DNA from: Parcubacteria bacterium RAAC4_OD1_1
GTDB taxonomy: Bacteria; Patescibacteriota; Minisyncoccia; Phycocordibacterales; UBA9973
Assembly (NCBI GenBank): GCA_000505065.1
Contig: AWSN01000001.1
Span: 262,567-313,819 of the forward strand
Reading direction: 5' to 3'
Length of the DNA stretch: 51,253 bases
In this document: positions 19,665 to 28,505 of the stretch, piece after piece
Position numbering within the stretch: the stretch's first letter is position 1
Layout: every line of letters starts with the position of its first letter
The notes under the pieces: generated by a model
Seen by the model: only the letters and a program-made list of their open reading frames with translations
Told to the model about the DNA's origin: nothing
Database searches by the model: none
Made by a program: the position numbers and the translations under genes

Positions 19665-20426
19665 CTAAAGATTCTCATTCGCCAAAATACCCTCTAAAAT
19701 TTCTAATTCTTCTTTAGAATTTGGCTGAAAAATTTCCATTATATTTACAAGTGGAACAGCATTAATTTTACCCCCTTCTTCAAAAGCAATCTTTATAAGA
19801 TCTGTAAGATAATATTCTTTTTGAGCATTCTCATTTCTTAATTTATCAATATTTTCCCAAAGCCATACACTATCAAAAGCATATATGGCTGGATTGATTT
19901 CTAAAATTTTCTTTTCTTCATCTGTCGCATCTTTTGCTTCTATTATTTTTACAACCTTGCCACTATTATCACGAATTATTCTACCTAGATTATATGCTCC
20001 TGCCCTCCAATCTTTAAAATTAGGAAGTATCACAGTCCCCATAGTTATTACAGCTCCACTTTCATTGTGTATTTCTATTATTTTTTCAATTGTATTTTTA
20101 GATATCAAAGGCTGGTCTGTAGATATTACAAATATAGTCTTATGATCTTTATGCAAAGCATCTTTGGCAGAAAGCACTGCATGCCCAGTTCCTAATTGTT
20201 CTTCTTGATGTGCATATTTTAAACTATCACCAAAAACATCAAATATTTTTTCTTTTTTATATCCTACTACTACGATTGGATCTAATTCTAACTTAACTTC
20301 TTTCAATGTATCTAATATGTGTGAAAGAAAAGGCTTTCCACGAAGCATCGCAAGAGCTTTTGGATCTTCACTTTCCATTCTTTTCCCCTTCCCTGCTGCT
20401 AAAATTATTATTTGTGTATTTTGCAT
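19665..20426 (-). CDS. Sugar-1-phosphate nucleotidyltransferase (GlmU N-terminal-domain-like, no acetyltransferase domain)
   Basis: LAAGKGKRM signature near the N-terminus. Start moved to ATG 20426 ([17 protein letters not shown]); the track ORF extends to 20519. Confidence 0.75.
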   Translation of the reverse strand: MQNTQIIILAAGKGKRMESEDPKALAMLRGKPFLSHILDTLKEVKLELDPIVVVGYKKEKIFDVFGDSLKYAHQEEQLGTGHAVLSAKDALHKDHKTIFVISTDQPLISKNTIEKIIEIHNESGAVITMGTVILPNFKDWRAGAYNLGRIIRDNSGKVVKIIEAKDATDEEKKILEINPAIYAFDSVWLWENIDKLRNENAQKEYYLTDLIKIAFEEGGKINAVPLVNIMEIFQPNSKEELEILEGILANENL

Positions 20427-20584
20427 AAAAAATTGTTTTAATTTTTGTTTTTTATAATTTTTATGGTCATTTATAATTTTCTGATGAAAATTTATGCGAC
20501 CCTTGAAGAGTAATAACATTACTCTTCAACAGCCCGTCGGCCTCCATCTTTCTAATCCTATATCCCTGACTTCGTCAGGTGCTG

Positions 20585-20657
20585 TGCGCGATATAGGATT
20601 CGAACCTATGACCCTTCCCACGTCAAGGGAATGCTCTACCAACTGAGCTAACCGCGC
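20585..20657 (-). tRNA. tRNA-Val (anticodon GAC)
   Basis: Reverse complement GCGCGGTTAGCTCAGTTGGTAGAGCATTCCCTTGACGTGGGAAGGGTCATAGGTTCGAATCCTATATCGCGCA folds as a cloverleaf. Anticodon loop is TTGACGT. Confidence 0.9.
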
Positions 20658-20670
20658 AAAACCAATTCTG

Positions 20671-20757
20671 CGGAAGCGGTGAGATTCGAACTCACGATAC
20701 GGTTTCCCGCATGCCACTTTTCGAAAGTGGTGCTTTCAACCTCTCAGCCACGCTTCC
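20671..20757 (-). tRNA. tRNA-Ser (anticodon CGA), long variable arm
   Basis: Reverse complement GGAAGCGTGGCTGAGAGGTTGAAAGCACCACTTTCGAAAAGTGG...GTGAGTTCGAATCTCACCGCTTCCG. Anticodon loop is TTCGAAA; has a class II variable arm. Confidence 0.9.
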
Positions 20758-20793
20758 TTATTTTAAACTTTCATCGATTATACAAAAAATATC

Positions 20794-22299
20794 TTAATTT
20801 ATCAAACTTTCTCCCGTCATCTCTTCTGGTTTATTTATTCCCATAACATCAAATACAGTAGGTGCAACATCAGCCAATGTCCCACCATCTTTTAATTCCT
20901 TATCTATTCCAAACATTATAAATGGAACTTTATTTGAAGTATGTGAGGTGTGCCTCTCGCCTGTATTTTGATCTATATTTACTTCAGCATTACCATGATC
21001 AGCTGTGACAAGTAGTACAGCCTCTCTTTCCTTTATTTTTTCTTTAAGTCTACCAAGTTCCCTATCTATAGCTTCTACAGAAGATACAATAGCGGGAACA
21101 TTAGCAGTGTGCCCTACCATATCTGCATTTGCAAAATTTGCAAAAATAAAATCCTTACCTTCATCTAATTTTTCTAAAACTTTATCTGTTATTTCGTGCA
21201 CTTTCATTTCAGGGGCCATATCGTGAGTCTTTATATCCCTTCTACTTGGAACAAGAACATATTCTTCGTTTGGGTATGGATTCTCCATCCCTCCATCTAG
21301 GAAATAAGTCGCGTGGGCATACTTTTCTGTTTCTGCTATATGTGATTGAGTTTTACCATTTAAGTATAATTCTTTAGCAAGAGTAGTTTCTATTTCTATA
21401 GAAGGAAAAGCTACATCGCAATCAAAATCATCCCCATATCTAGTCATTGTTATAAGTTTTAAATTCATCTCTCCCCTTTTTTCTAAAATCTTACTTGTTA
21501 GCATTCTAGCTCTATCTGCTCTAAAATTAAAGAAAAATACTCCATCATTATTTTTAATTGTAGTCCTATTCCCTTCATTATCTAAAAAGACAATTGGCTC
21601 TAAATATTCATCTGAAATATAATCTCCACAAGAATTTTCTACAAAAGAAGAAGGCTGTTCCTTGATTGTCATACCTTCTCCTAAGAACATTGCATTAAGC
21701 ACCTTATCTGCTCTATCCCAATTCATATCCCTATCCATAGCATAGTATCGTCCAGAGATGGTAGCGATACGTCCCACACCTATATTCCTTAGCGTGTCTT
21801 CAAGTTCTTTAATGTAAGAGCAAGCACTTTTAGGTGGTACATCTCTCCCATCTGTAAACATATGCAGTGCAATTTTTTCTATATTATTATTCTTTGCAAG
21901 TTTAATAAAAGCGAAAAGATGATCCATATGACTATGAACTCCACCAGGAGAAAGAAGGCCCAAAATGTGAAGAACTGAATTATTTTCTTTTATGTGTTTA
22001 AATAGATTTAAAAAAGCTTGATTATTATTAAAAGATGAATCTTTTATAGCATTGTCTATTCTCACCAAATCTTGATAGACAACTTTTCCTGCCCCTATTG
22101 TAGTGTGACCCACCTCACTATTTCCCATTTGTCCCTCTGGAAGCCCCACAGCAATACCAGAAGCAGAAAGTGTTGTATGAGGGGAACCTTCCCACAAACT
22201 ATCAAAATTAGGCTTTTTTGAAGCCTCTATTGCATTATCTTTTTTATCTTCTCTGTATCCCCATCCGTCCAAAACCAATAAAACTACTTGTTTATTCAT
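20794..22299 (-). CDS. gpmI: 2,3-bisphosphoglycerate-independent phosphoglycerate mutase
   Basis: 501 aa. LLVLDGWG, GNSEVGH and TADHGNAE motifs of iPGM. Confidence 0.95.
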   Translation of the reverse strand: MNKQVVLLVLDGWGYREDKKDNAIEASKKPNFDSLWEGSPHTTLSASGIAVGLPEGQMGNSEVGHTTIGAGKVVYQDLVRIDNAIKDSSFNNNQAFLNLFKHIKENNSVLHILGLLSPGGVHSHMDHLFAFIKLAKNNNIEKIALHMFTDGRDVPPKSACSYIKELEDTLRNIGVGRIATISGRYYAMDRDMNWDRADKVLNAMFLGEGMTIKEQPSSFVENSCGDYISDEYLEPIVFLDNEGNRTTIKNNDGVFFFNFRADRARMLTSKILEKRGEMNLKLITMTRYGDDFDCDVAFPSIEIETTLAKELYLNGKTQSHIAETEKYAHATYFLDGGMENPYPNEEYVLVPSRRDIKTHDMAPEMKVHEITDKVLEKLDEGKDFIFANFANADMVGHTANVPAIVSSVEAIDRELGRLKEKIKEREAVLLVTADHGNAEVNIDQNTGERHTSHTSNKVPFIMFGIDKELKDGGTLADVAPTVFDVMGINKPEEMTGESLIN

Positions 22300-22399
22300 A
22301 AGTCTATTATAGCAAATTTTTTGAAATTAGAAAAAAAATACAATTTGCTTAACCTAAAAAAGTTAGTGATTTGTAAAAAATAATCACTAAAATAAATAT

Positions 22400-22433
22400 A
22401 AAAAGCAGATTAAATAAATTTAATCTGCTTTTT
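22400..22433 (-). terminator. Terminator after the secreted-protein gene
   Basis: AAAAAGCAGATTA-aataaatt-TAATCTGCTTTTT: 13-bp stem with a T-run on the minus strand. Confidence 0.7.
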
Positions 22434-22455
22434 ATCTGTGACAAAAATGATATTA

Positions 22456-23403
22456 TTACCAATTACCTAAACCAGATCTTATATCACTCTTAAAATCCAT
22501 TAAGCCCATATCTTCTCCGCAAGGATTGCTACTTACCTCTTGAATAATAGCAAATTCTCCCCATATAACAGGACCGATTTCTTTATCATTTAATTTCCAT
22601 ACCCCACCGTCATTAATAGCATCCTCTGGTACAGCAACTATTTTTACAAAATCAGACCATGAACACATTTCGGGTATTTTTGTAGCAAAACCTGCTATAG
22701 ACCAAGAACCGGTAGCATTTTCTGTACCAGTCTCTGACCATGTTCCACTAACCTTTCCTGCTGAATCAATTGTTCCAACATATGTTCTTATACCTTGAAC
22801 TGATCCAACTGGGTAAATAAAGCTAAATGTTACATTATTTCCATCAATGGTTCCAATTAATGAATTTGTTGTTGGATAATACCCATCAGTTAATGTCCCA
22901 GTTAACACAGCTCCTTCTTTAACAAAAGAAACATCATAAGAATAAGTAGTACCTGCCCATGGAATATCTAATTTATTTGGAGAAGTATTTACTTCCCATA
23001 CATAATTAGTTGAACTTTCATATGTTCCTGAAGCATGATTTGTAAGCCATGCACCAGAACCTTTATAACTACTGAAACCAAGATGTCTATCAAGCTTACC
23101 ATCACCATCACAATCTTGATTACTTAACCATGCATCATTCCACTTCATTATTAAACTATCACCACTTACTACAGGTACTGAAGGACGTGAATAATTACCA
23201 TACCAACCATTAAACATCTTAGCTTGATAATTATAACCCCATTTATCATAACCCACAGTAAGGAAACCTCCGTTTGAATCAACCAAACTACCATCTTGAA
23301 TTTTTACACAAGAATTATTTGGCTTCGCTGCAAAAGCTGGAACTGCCACCAACATAAATCCAGCAATCACCAAAATACCACTTAAAACTAATATTTTTTT
23401 CAT
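22456..23403 (-). CDS. Secreted hypothetical protein (315 aa)
   Basis: Signal peptide MKKILVLSGILVIAGFMLVAVPAFA. Gly/Thr/Ser-rich beta-type sequence with no recognised domain. Confidence 0.7.
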   Translation of the reverse strand: MKKILVLSGILVIAGFMLVAVPAFAAKPNNSCVKIQDGSLVDSNGGFLTVGYDKWGYNYQAKMFNGWYGNYSRPSVPVVSGDSLIMKWNDAWLSNQDCDGDGKLDRHLGFSSYKGSGAWLTNHASGTYESSTNYVWEVNTSPNKLDIPWAGTTYSYDVSFVKEGAVLTGTLTDGYYPTTNSLIGTIDGNNVTFSFIYPVGSVQGIRTYVGTIDSAGKVSGTWSETGTENATGSWSIAGFATKIPEMCSWSDFVKIVAVPEDAINDGGVWKLNDKEIGPVIWGEFAIIQEVSSNPCGEDMGLMDFKSDIRSGLGNW

Positions 23404-23560
23404 AAAATATTTTATTTATAATTTATAATTTTATTCGACTATTAGAAACATTAAACTCTTAAATTAATTATAAACTAATATTTAAAAAATAGACAACTTA
23501 AAAAGTTAATAAGTATTTATTAAAATCAATAACCTTATTTTATAAGGCTTAATTAAGCAT

Positions 23561-23605
23561 GTGACCCTAGGGGTTAGTAATTGGAACCAGATTGTGGAGA
23601 ATATA
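23561..23605. repeat. Partial copy (E0) of the island boundary module
   Basis: gtgaccctaggggttagtaattggaaccagattgtggagaatata aligns with 25374-25418 (gtgacccaaagtggtctaaattggaatcagattgtggataatata). Confidence 0.7.
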
Positions 23606-23615
23606 AGAGGATTTT

Positions 23616-24584
23616 CTAATTTAAGATTAAATTAAATAGATATCCAGTAAAAATTATACCCGTACTTACTATTCCAGCAAAAATAATTATCAACCTAGTT
23701 TTCATTACTTTCTTAAGAATCATAAATTCAGGAAGTGATAATGCTGTTACTGACATCATAAATGCAAGTGTAGTACCCATAGAGACACCTTTCTCAGTTA
23801 AAGCAGATACAAGAGGTATGACTCCAGCGGCATTCGAGTACAAAGGAATACCTATTATTACAGCAAGTGGAACAGCATACCATTTATCACTTCCTGCATA
23901 TTGGGCTAAGAAATCAGTGGGTAGATAACCATGAATCCAGGCACCTAAACCAATACCTATTAATATGTATGGCCAGACTTTTTTAAATATATTTAAAGTA
24001 TACTTCACTGCATAAATAACTCTTTCTTTTATTGTCATACTAGGTAAATAAATACCCCCATTCTTATTTATAGTATTTTGATAAACAAATGGTTCTACAA
24101 GGTTTTCTATTTTTAAATGTTCAATAACAATACCTGAAATGATAGAAATAATAAGACCAGAGACTACATAGATAAGTGCAATCTTCCAACCAAATAAACC
24201 AAGGAGTAAAACAAGGGCCACTTCGTTAATCATTGGAGAGGCAATAAGAAAAGAAAATGTGGTTCCCAATGGGATCCCAGTCTGAACAAACCCTAAAAAT
24301 AAAGGAATAGCTGAACATGAACAAAATGGAGTAATAATACCCAAAAGTGAGGCAAGAATATTACTAACATATTTATTCTTACGAGAAAGAATTGACCTGA
24401 TTTTTTCTGGTGGTAAATATGAACGAATTATTGAAACAACAAAAATAATGACAACTAAAAGAAAAAATATTTTGATAGTATCAAAAATGAAAAAATTTAT
24501 TGTATCTGCGAGTAAAGTTCCAGGTTGAATATTAAAAACAACATATGTTAACCAATCTGCAAATAGTTGTATTGGGTAAAACAT
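23616..24584 (-). CDS. Multi-pass permease (DUF318/ArsP-like family)
   Basis: 322 aa, about 8-9 hydrophobic helices, FCSCSAIP motif. Operon partner of a thioredoxin-like protein and ArsR. Confidence 0.8.
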   Translation of the reverse strand: MFYPIQLFADWLTYVVFNIQPGTLLADTINFFIFDTIKIFFLLVVIIFVVSIIRSYLPPEKIRSILSRKNKYVSNILASLLGIITPFCSCSAIPLFLGFVQTGIPLGTTFSFLIASPMINEVALVLLLGLFGWKIALIYVVSGLIISIISGIVIEHLKIENLVEPFVYQNTINKNGGIYLPSMTIKERVIYAVKYTLNIFKKVWPYILIGIGLGAWIHGYLPTDFLAQYAGSDKWYAVPLAVIIGIPLYSNAAGVIPLVSALTEKGVSMGTTLAFMMSVTALSLPEFMILKKVMKTRLIIIFAGIVSTGIIFTGYLFNLILN

Positions 24585-24586
24585 AA

Positions 24587-24826
24587 TTAAATATTTTTTG
24601 AAATAATATCTTTCAATTTTTCTTTATCTGGAAGTATACCAACCAAGATTGGCTTGTCATCGATTGTAAGAATTGGACTACTAATAAGACCAAGAGTAAT
24701 AATTTTATTTATATCTGTGCTATATAAAACTGCATCTTTTATTCCCATCTCAGAAATAACTACCTTTGTAAGCTCAAATAAATTTGAGCATTTTTTACAT
24801 CCTGAACCAATAACTTCTATTTTCAT
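24587..24826 (-). CDS. Thioredoxin-fold small redox-active disulfide protein
   Basis: 79 aa. N-terminal GSGCKKCS CxxC motif. Overlaps the arsR stop by 4 nt. Confidence 0.75.
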   Translation of the reverse strand: MKIEVIGSGCKKCSNLFELTKVVISEMGIKDAVLYSTDINKIITLGLISSPILTIDDKPILVGILPDKEKLKDIISKNI

Positions 24827-25095
24827 ATTATTTTTTTAGTTAATATTGATTGATAATTTTTAATAGCTTCTTCATTACGATAATATATTATTTTATTTCC
24901 TTCCTTTTTAATCTTTAATAAATTTAAATTTTTTAATACTTTTAAATGGTGCGAAGATAAATTTTGAGGTAACTTCAGTTTGGGATGTATATCACAAGCA
25001 CATTTTTCTCCATTTTTTAATAATGACAAAATTGCTAACCTATTAGGTTCTGAAATGGCTAACAAATATTTTTTTAAATTTAATAATTTATTCAT
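24823..25095 (-). CDS. ArsR/SmtB-family transcriptional repressor
   Basis: LAISEPNRLAILSLL...CACDI...LSHHLKVLKNLNLL is a typical ArsR wHTH with a CxC metal/redox site. Start moved to ATG 25095; the track ORF extends to 25140. Confidence 0.8.
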   Translation of the reverse strand: MNKLLNLKKYLLAISEPNRLAILSLLKNGEKCACDIHPKLKLPQNLSSHHLKVLKNLNLLKIKKEGNKIIYYRNEEAIKNYQSILTKKII

Positions 25096-25103
25096 AAAAA
25101 TAT

Positions 25104-25127
25104 CTATATCAATAGATATTGATATAG
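25104..25127. promoter_or_regulatory. Inverted repeat upstream of arsR (probable autoregulatory operator)
   Basis: CTATATCAAT-agat-ATTGATATAG: perfect 10-bp arms, 9 nt upstream of the proposed arsR start. Confidence 0.55.
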
Positions 25128-25168
25128 TATCATCAAACAATTATAAATACAATATTTAATTTTATGCA

Positions 25169-25381
25169 GTGACCCTACCGGGAACGTGAGTACACTTATC
25201 TCCCTCGACTAAAACTTTTTCGTCAAAAAGTTTTGTCTGGGCACCAGCTCATCTATTTTTCTTACTAGGAAAAATATGATTCCGCTGTTCGATTCCCGGA
25301 CGCGAGATATGCAGATATCTCGCTTAGGGTCACACCTAAAAATACCACTCTTGACGAGTGTCTATTTTTATGGTGTGACCC
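25169..25381. repeat. Boundary module E1: tRNA-Glu 3'-end copies in alternating orientation enclosing a multi-hairpin fold
   Basis: gtgaccctaccggga (25169-25183) pairs with tcccgg (25294-25299) and tagggtcac (25325-25333). Internal hairpins lie at 25211-25234, about 25254-25276 and 25302-25323. GGGTCACACC (25327-25336) pairs with GGTGTGACCC (25372-25381) around a further hairpin. Confidence 0.7.
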
Positions 25382-25506
25382 AAAGTGGTCTAAATTGGAA
25401 TCAGATTGTGGATAATATATGGGATTTGCTCACTTATCTTGCCAAAATTAATAAGATATGTTAATTTTATAAAAAAGTAACATTCATAAACTTAAAATTT
25501 AATAAC

Positions 25507-25809
25507 ATGAAACTTTCAATTATTTTTACAAGTATTTCAACTTTTAAATTTTCAGGGGTTGTCTATCCGCCGAAAACAGATTTTTTTGAAGAATTATTTT
25601 TGGCAATGAGACAAAGAAAACCAGAAGATTTTATTAATCTTAAGAGGAAAAGAGGATCACCACTTAGTGTTCAAAATAAAATGATTTTAATTGATTCTTT
25701 AGATCAGGAAATTAAATTTCCAATAAAAAGAAAAAAATATTTTATTTTTGGCCACTTTGTAGAGATACGGAAATCAATTTACTTTGAAAATTTCGCTGGA
25801 GTTTATTAG
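25507..25809 (+). CDS. Hypothetical protein (100 aa)
   Basis: ORF followed by a good terminator at 25836-25868. No homology recognised. Confidence 0.4.
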   Translation: MKLSIIFTSISTFKFSGVVYPPKTDFFEELFLAMRQRKPEDFINLKRKRGSPLSVQNKMILIDSLDQEIKFPIKRKKYFIFGHFVEIRKSIYFENFAGVY

Positions 25810-25835
25810 TAAAAATTTAATCAAAGAAAAATTTA

Positions 25836-25868
25836 AAAAGCGTTTGAAAATATTTTCGGACGCTTTTT
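25836..25868 (+). terminator. Terminator hairpin
   Basis: AAAAAGCGTTTGAAAATATTTTCGGACGCTTTTT is a near-perfect palindrome ending in a T-run. Confidence 0.65.
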
Positions 25869-25878
25869 GTATTACTTT

Positions 25879-26052
25879 GGAACCCTACCGGTAATCGCGA
25901 GTACGCTTTCGGTCACGCATAATTTTCTGCTGAAAATTTGCTCTACCTCGCCTCGGCTCGTCGGCCTTCGGCTTTCGATTCTCTCCGTAAGGAGATCACG
26001 AGCGATACAAAAATAACCCACTGGTGTGGATTATTTTTGATCGTGTGACCCT
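25879..26052. repeat. Boundary module E2 (diverged paralog of E1)
   Basis: ggaaccctaccggtaatcgcgagtac aligns with E1 gtgaccctaccgggaa-cgtgagtac. It shares ttcgattc, a hairpin at the same place (TCTCCgtaaGGAGA), the AAAAATAA...TTATTTTT hairpin with compensatory stem changes (CCAC/GTGG versus CACTC/GAGTG) and a terminal gtgtgaccc. Confidence 0.65.
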
Positions 26053-26194
26053 AATGATACCTGATTTGAAACTCTATGTAAATACATTCAAGGAGTTATA
26101 CTTTATTATTTCTAATTTTGAAAAACCCTTTTATTATCAGGAATCTAAGATTGAAGTTCTTCAGAGTATATACCCCTAATGGTATTTAAATACT

Positions 26195-27307
26195 CTATAA
26201 AATATCTTTGTCTAGTTCCTCTTCATTTTCAGGAATACTTAGTGATGTTGGTAATTCATCATCAGTAAATATATATTTATTAAACTTAGAATAATGTAAG
26301 TGCATTAAAATATCAGAAACTATTTTTTTCTTATCCTGAAAACTAATCTCTGCCTCAAAAGAGTATTCCTTCACAATTTTTAATTCTGGAAATGTCTTTT
26401 TAACAGAGGAGTAAATATCATACATAAAATTTCTATTATCTATGTTTCCTACCAGATAAATATTAGGGTAACCATTTTGTATCCAACTTTCTATAATTTT
26501 TCTTCTACCTTCAATTTTTCTAGCTTCTCTTACACCCTTAGTTGCTATTATTCTAACTGCACATCTTATATATTTTCCTGTAAAAGTTTCTGGTAATGTC
26601 ATGTCTCCAACTTGTCTTTTAGAAAAGTTTTCTAAAAAATCAGTAAATTCTTTAATTTCTTTTGTTATTGCTTCATTGGGTTTTTCAATATAAATAGTAT
26701 TACCTAAAAATGTAAGTTCTTGCACTAATATTGGGAAAAATAATCCTACCTTCTCAATATTGATATATTGTTTAATAAAATCACTAACCTTATCGTGCTT
26801 ATTTAGTTGAGGAATAAAATAACTACTAATAAAATATTCCAAAGCTTCAGGACTAGCTTTTTCTAAAATAAGTTTTACAGAGAATAAATCGAGTGATACT
26901 TTTTGACTTTTTGTTATATGAACCTTGGATCGTCTTAATAAAGTTTCTGATACAAATAAATGAGATGCATGAACAAGGTTTTTCACTTTATGTTTTTTGT
27001 CTCTCATTACAAGAATAATCTTTTCTTTCTCCCAAATTACCTCTTCTTGATTCCTACCAGCCCATTTTATAGAAATTTTAGGAAAATTAGTAGCTGAATT
27101 ATTATTTAATGTCTCTACAAAAGAATTGACTTTTGATTGCACCTCATATTTAGTAGCTTCATATTTAAAACCTTTCCATATCTTATTTAATAATTTGAAA
27201 ATAATAGCTAACCACTTTTCAGTCTCATCGGGATGTTTATATAAATAAACACCAACTATTGTTGGAATACCAAGCCCTGTAAAGAATGCAATGATGATAT
27301 CTATCAT
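26195..27307 (-). CDS. Hypothetical protein (370 aa), N-terminal hydrophobic helix; candidate defence/abortive-infection effector
   Basis: Long ORF. Its start overlaps the stop of the upstream 101-aa ORF (ATGA-type overlap at 27304-27307). No motif recognised by eye. Confidence 0.7.
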   Translation of the reverse strand: MIDIIIAFFTGLGIPTIVGVYLYKHPDETEKWLAIIFKLLNKIWKGFKYEATKYEVQSKVNSFVETLNNNSATNFPKISIKWAGRNQEEVIWEKEKIILVMRDKKHKVKNLVHASHLFVSETLLRRSKVHITKSQKVSLDLFSVKLILEKASPEALEYFISSYFIPQLNKHDKVSDFIKQYINIEKVGLFFPILVQELTFLGNTIYIEKPNEAITKEIKEFTDFLENFSKRQVGDMTLPETFTGKYIRCAVRIIATKGVREARKIEGRRKIIESWIQNGYPNIYLVGNIDNRNFMYDIYSSVKKTFPELKIVKEYSFEAEISFQDKKKIVSDILMHLHYSKFNKYIFTDDELPTSLSIPENEEELDKDIL

Positions 27308-27573
27308 ATATTTAAATCTAAATTAGTAGAGCTTTTATTATCTAAATACTTTATTAATGTTTCTATACACGTAGGGTTATCACAGATAAAACTAAATGTA
27401 TCTGATTGAGGGAGTATAGAGTGTATGTTTTCTAATGTAATTGTAGAATTACAAAACTTACAAATTACTTTATTTTCAAGTAATTTATCATAAAATCCAA
27501 TTTTTTTTAATACATCAATTAAATCATCTTCGTGTATTACATCAATATCTTTTTTATCTAATTCCATATACAT
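27304..27573 (-). CDS. Small Cys-rich (zinc-ribbon-like) hypothetical protein
   Basis: CKFC...(23 aa)...CDNPTC four-Cys pattern. Translationally coupled to the 370-aa ORF. Start uncertain (ATG 27573 or 27567; the track uses TTG 27609). Confidence 0.55.
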   Translation of the reverse strand: MYMELDKKDIDVIHEDDLIDVLKKIGFYDKLLENKVICKFCNSTITLENIHSILPQSDTFSFICDNPTCIETLIKYLDNKSSTNLDLNI

Positions 27574-27649
27574 AATAATATAACAAATATCTGGTCTTGT
27601 AAACACCAATTAGTTTATAAATATATTTATTTCTGTTATAATATTGCTT

Positions 27650-28498
27650 ATGGAAACTAACCTTTTGAAAGCAATTAGAAATATAATAGCTAATCCAAGT
27701 AATGATTTACTTTCCCAATATAGGTCTTTAAATCGTATGAATTCTATGGGGGAAGCTTTGGAATTTTATGTTAAAGATATATTTTGTGATTCCTTAAAAG
27801 AAGATAATTCTGATAAAGGTAAAATATACTCTGAATATTTTTCTTACTTAGGAAACCAGAATAATCCTCCAGATATTATTATAAAAAATGGTGATGCAAT
27901 AGAAGTTAAAAAACATATTGGAGCTCGTGCAAGTGGCTTGGCATTAAATAGTTCATACCCAAAAGATTATTTATATGCTGATAGTCCAATGATTACCACA
28001 GCGTGTAGAGGATGTGAGAATTGGGAAAAGAAAGACCTTTTGTATGTTATAGGAAGTATTGTTGATAGTAAAATAAAATCTTTATGGTTTGTTTATGGAG
28101 ATTGTTATGCTGCTTCTAGAGAAATTTATGAGAAAATAAAAGATGCTATATCAGATGGAGTCAATTCTTTGCCTGATATTGAATTTGGAGAAACAAACGA
28201 ATTAGGAAGAGTAAATAAAGTTGACCCACTTGGAATAACAGATTTAAGAATTAGAGGAATGTGGGCTATTAAACATCCCAATAAAGTATTTGATTATATA
28301 TCTGAAATTTCTAATGAAGCTGATTTTAAAGTTAATGCTATTATGCTATCTTCCAAATATAATTCTTTCCCAGAGAGTGATAGAAAAGAGTTAGAGTCTT
28401 TAATTTCTCATAATTTAATAATAAATGATATAAAAATAAAATCACCTAACAACCCTGCTAAATATTTAAATGCTAAGTTAATAAGATTCTCAAAGTAA
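27650..28498 (+). CDS. Type II restriction endonuclease, PD-(D/E)XK (NgoPII/HaeIII-partner-like)
   Basis: NNPPDIIIKNGDAIEVKK fits PD...(D/E)xK. Lies directly upstream of, and co-oriented with, a C5-methyltransferase. Family name is from recollection only. Start taken at ATG 27650. Confidence 0.7.
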   Translation: METNLLKAIRNIIANPSNDLLSQYRSLNRMNSMGEALEFYVKDIFCDSLKEDNSDKGKIYSEYFSYLGNQNNPPDIIIKNGDAIEVKKHIGARASGLALNSSYPKDYLYADSPMITTACRGCENWEKKDLLYVIGSIVDSKIKSLWFVYGDCYAASREIYEKIKDAISDGVNSLPDIEFGETNELGRVNKVDPLGITDLRIRGMWAIKHPNKVFDYISEISNEADFKVNAIMLSSKYNSFPESDRKELESLISHNLIINDIKIKSPNNPAKYLNAKLIRFSK

Positions 28499-28505
28499 TT
28501 ACTGT

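Noticed and set aside
20526-20717. 63-aa track ORF
   Set aside because: It lies entirely over tRNA-Val, tRNA-Ser and their spacer; the reading frame is a by-product of GC-rich tRNA sequence.
25276-25464. 62-aa track ORF
   Set aside because: It sits inside the E1 hairpin module made of tRNA-Glu-derived repeats. It has no Shine-Dalgarno sequence, and its paralog E2 does not preserve the frame.
26050-26063. Match of ctaatgatacct with 30598-30611 as possible direct repeats of a 4.5-kb sub-element
   Set aside because: Only 11 identical nt match. Matches of that length are expected many times by chance in 51 kb of AT-rich sequence.
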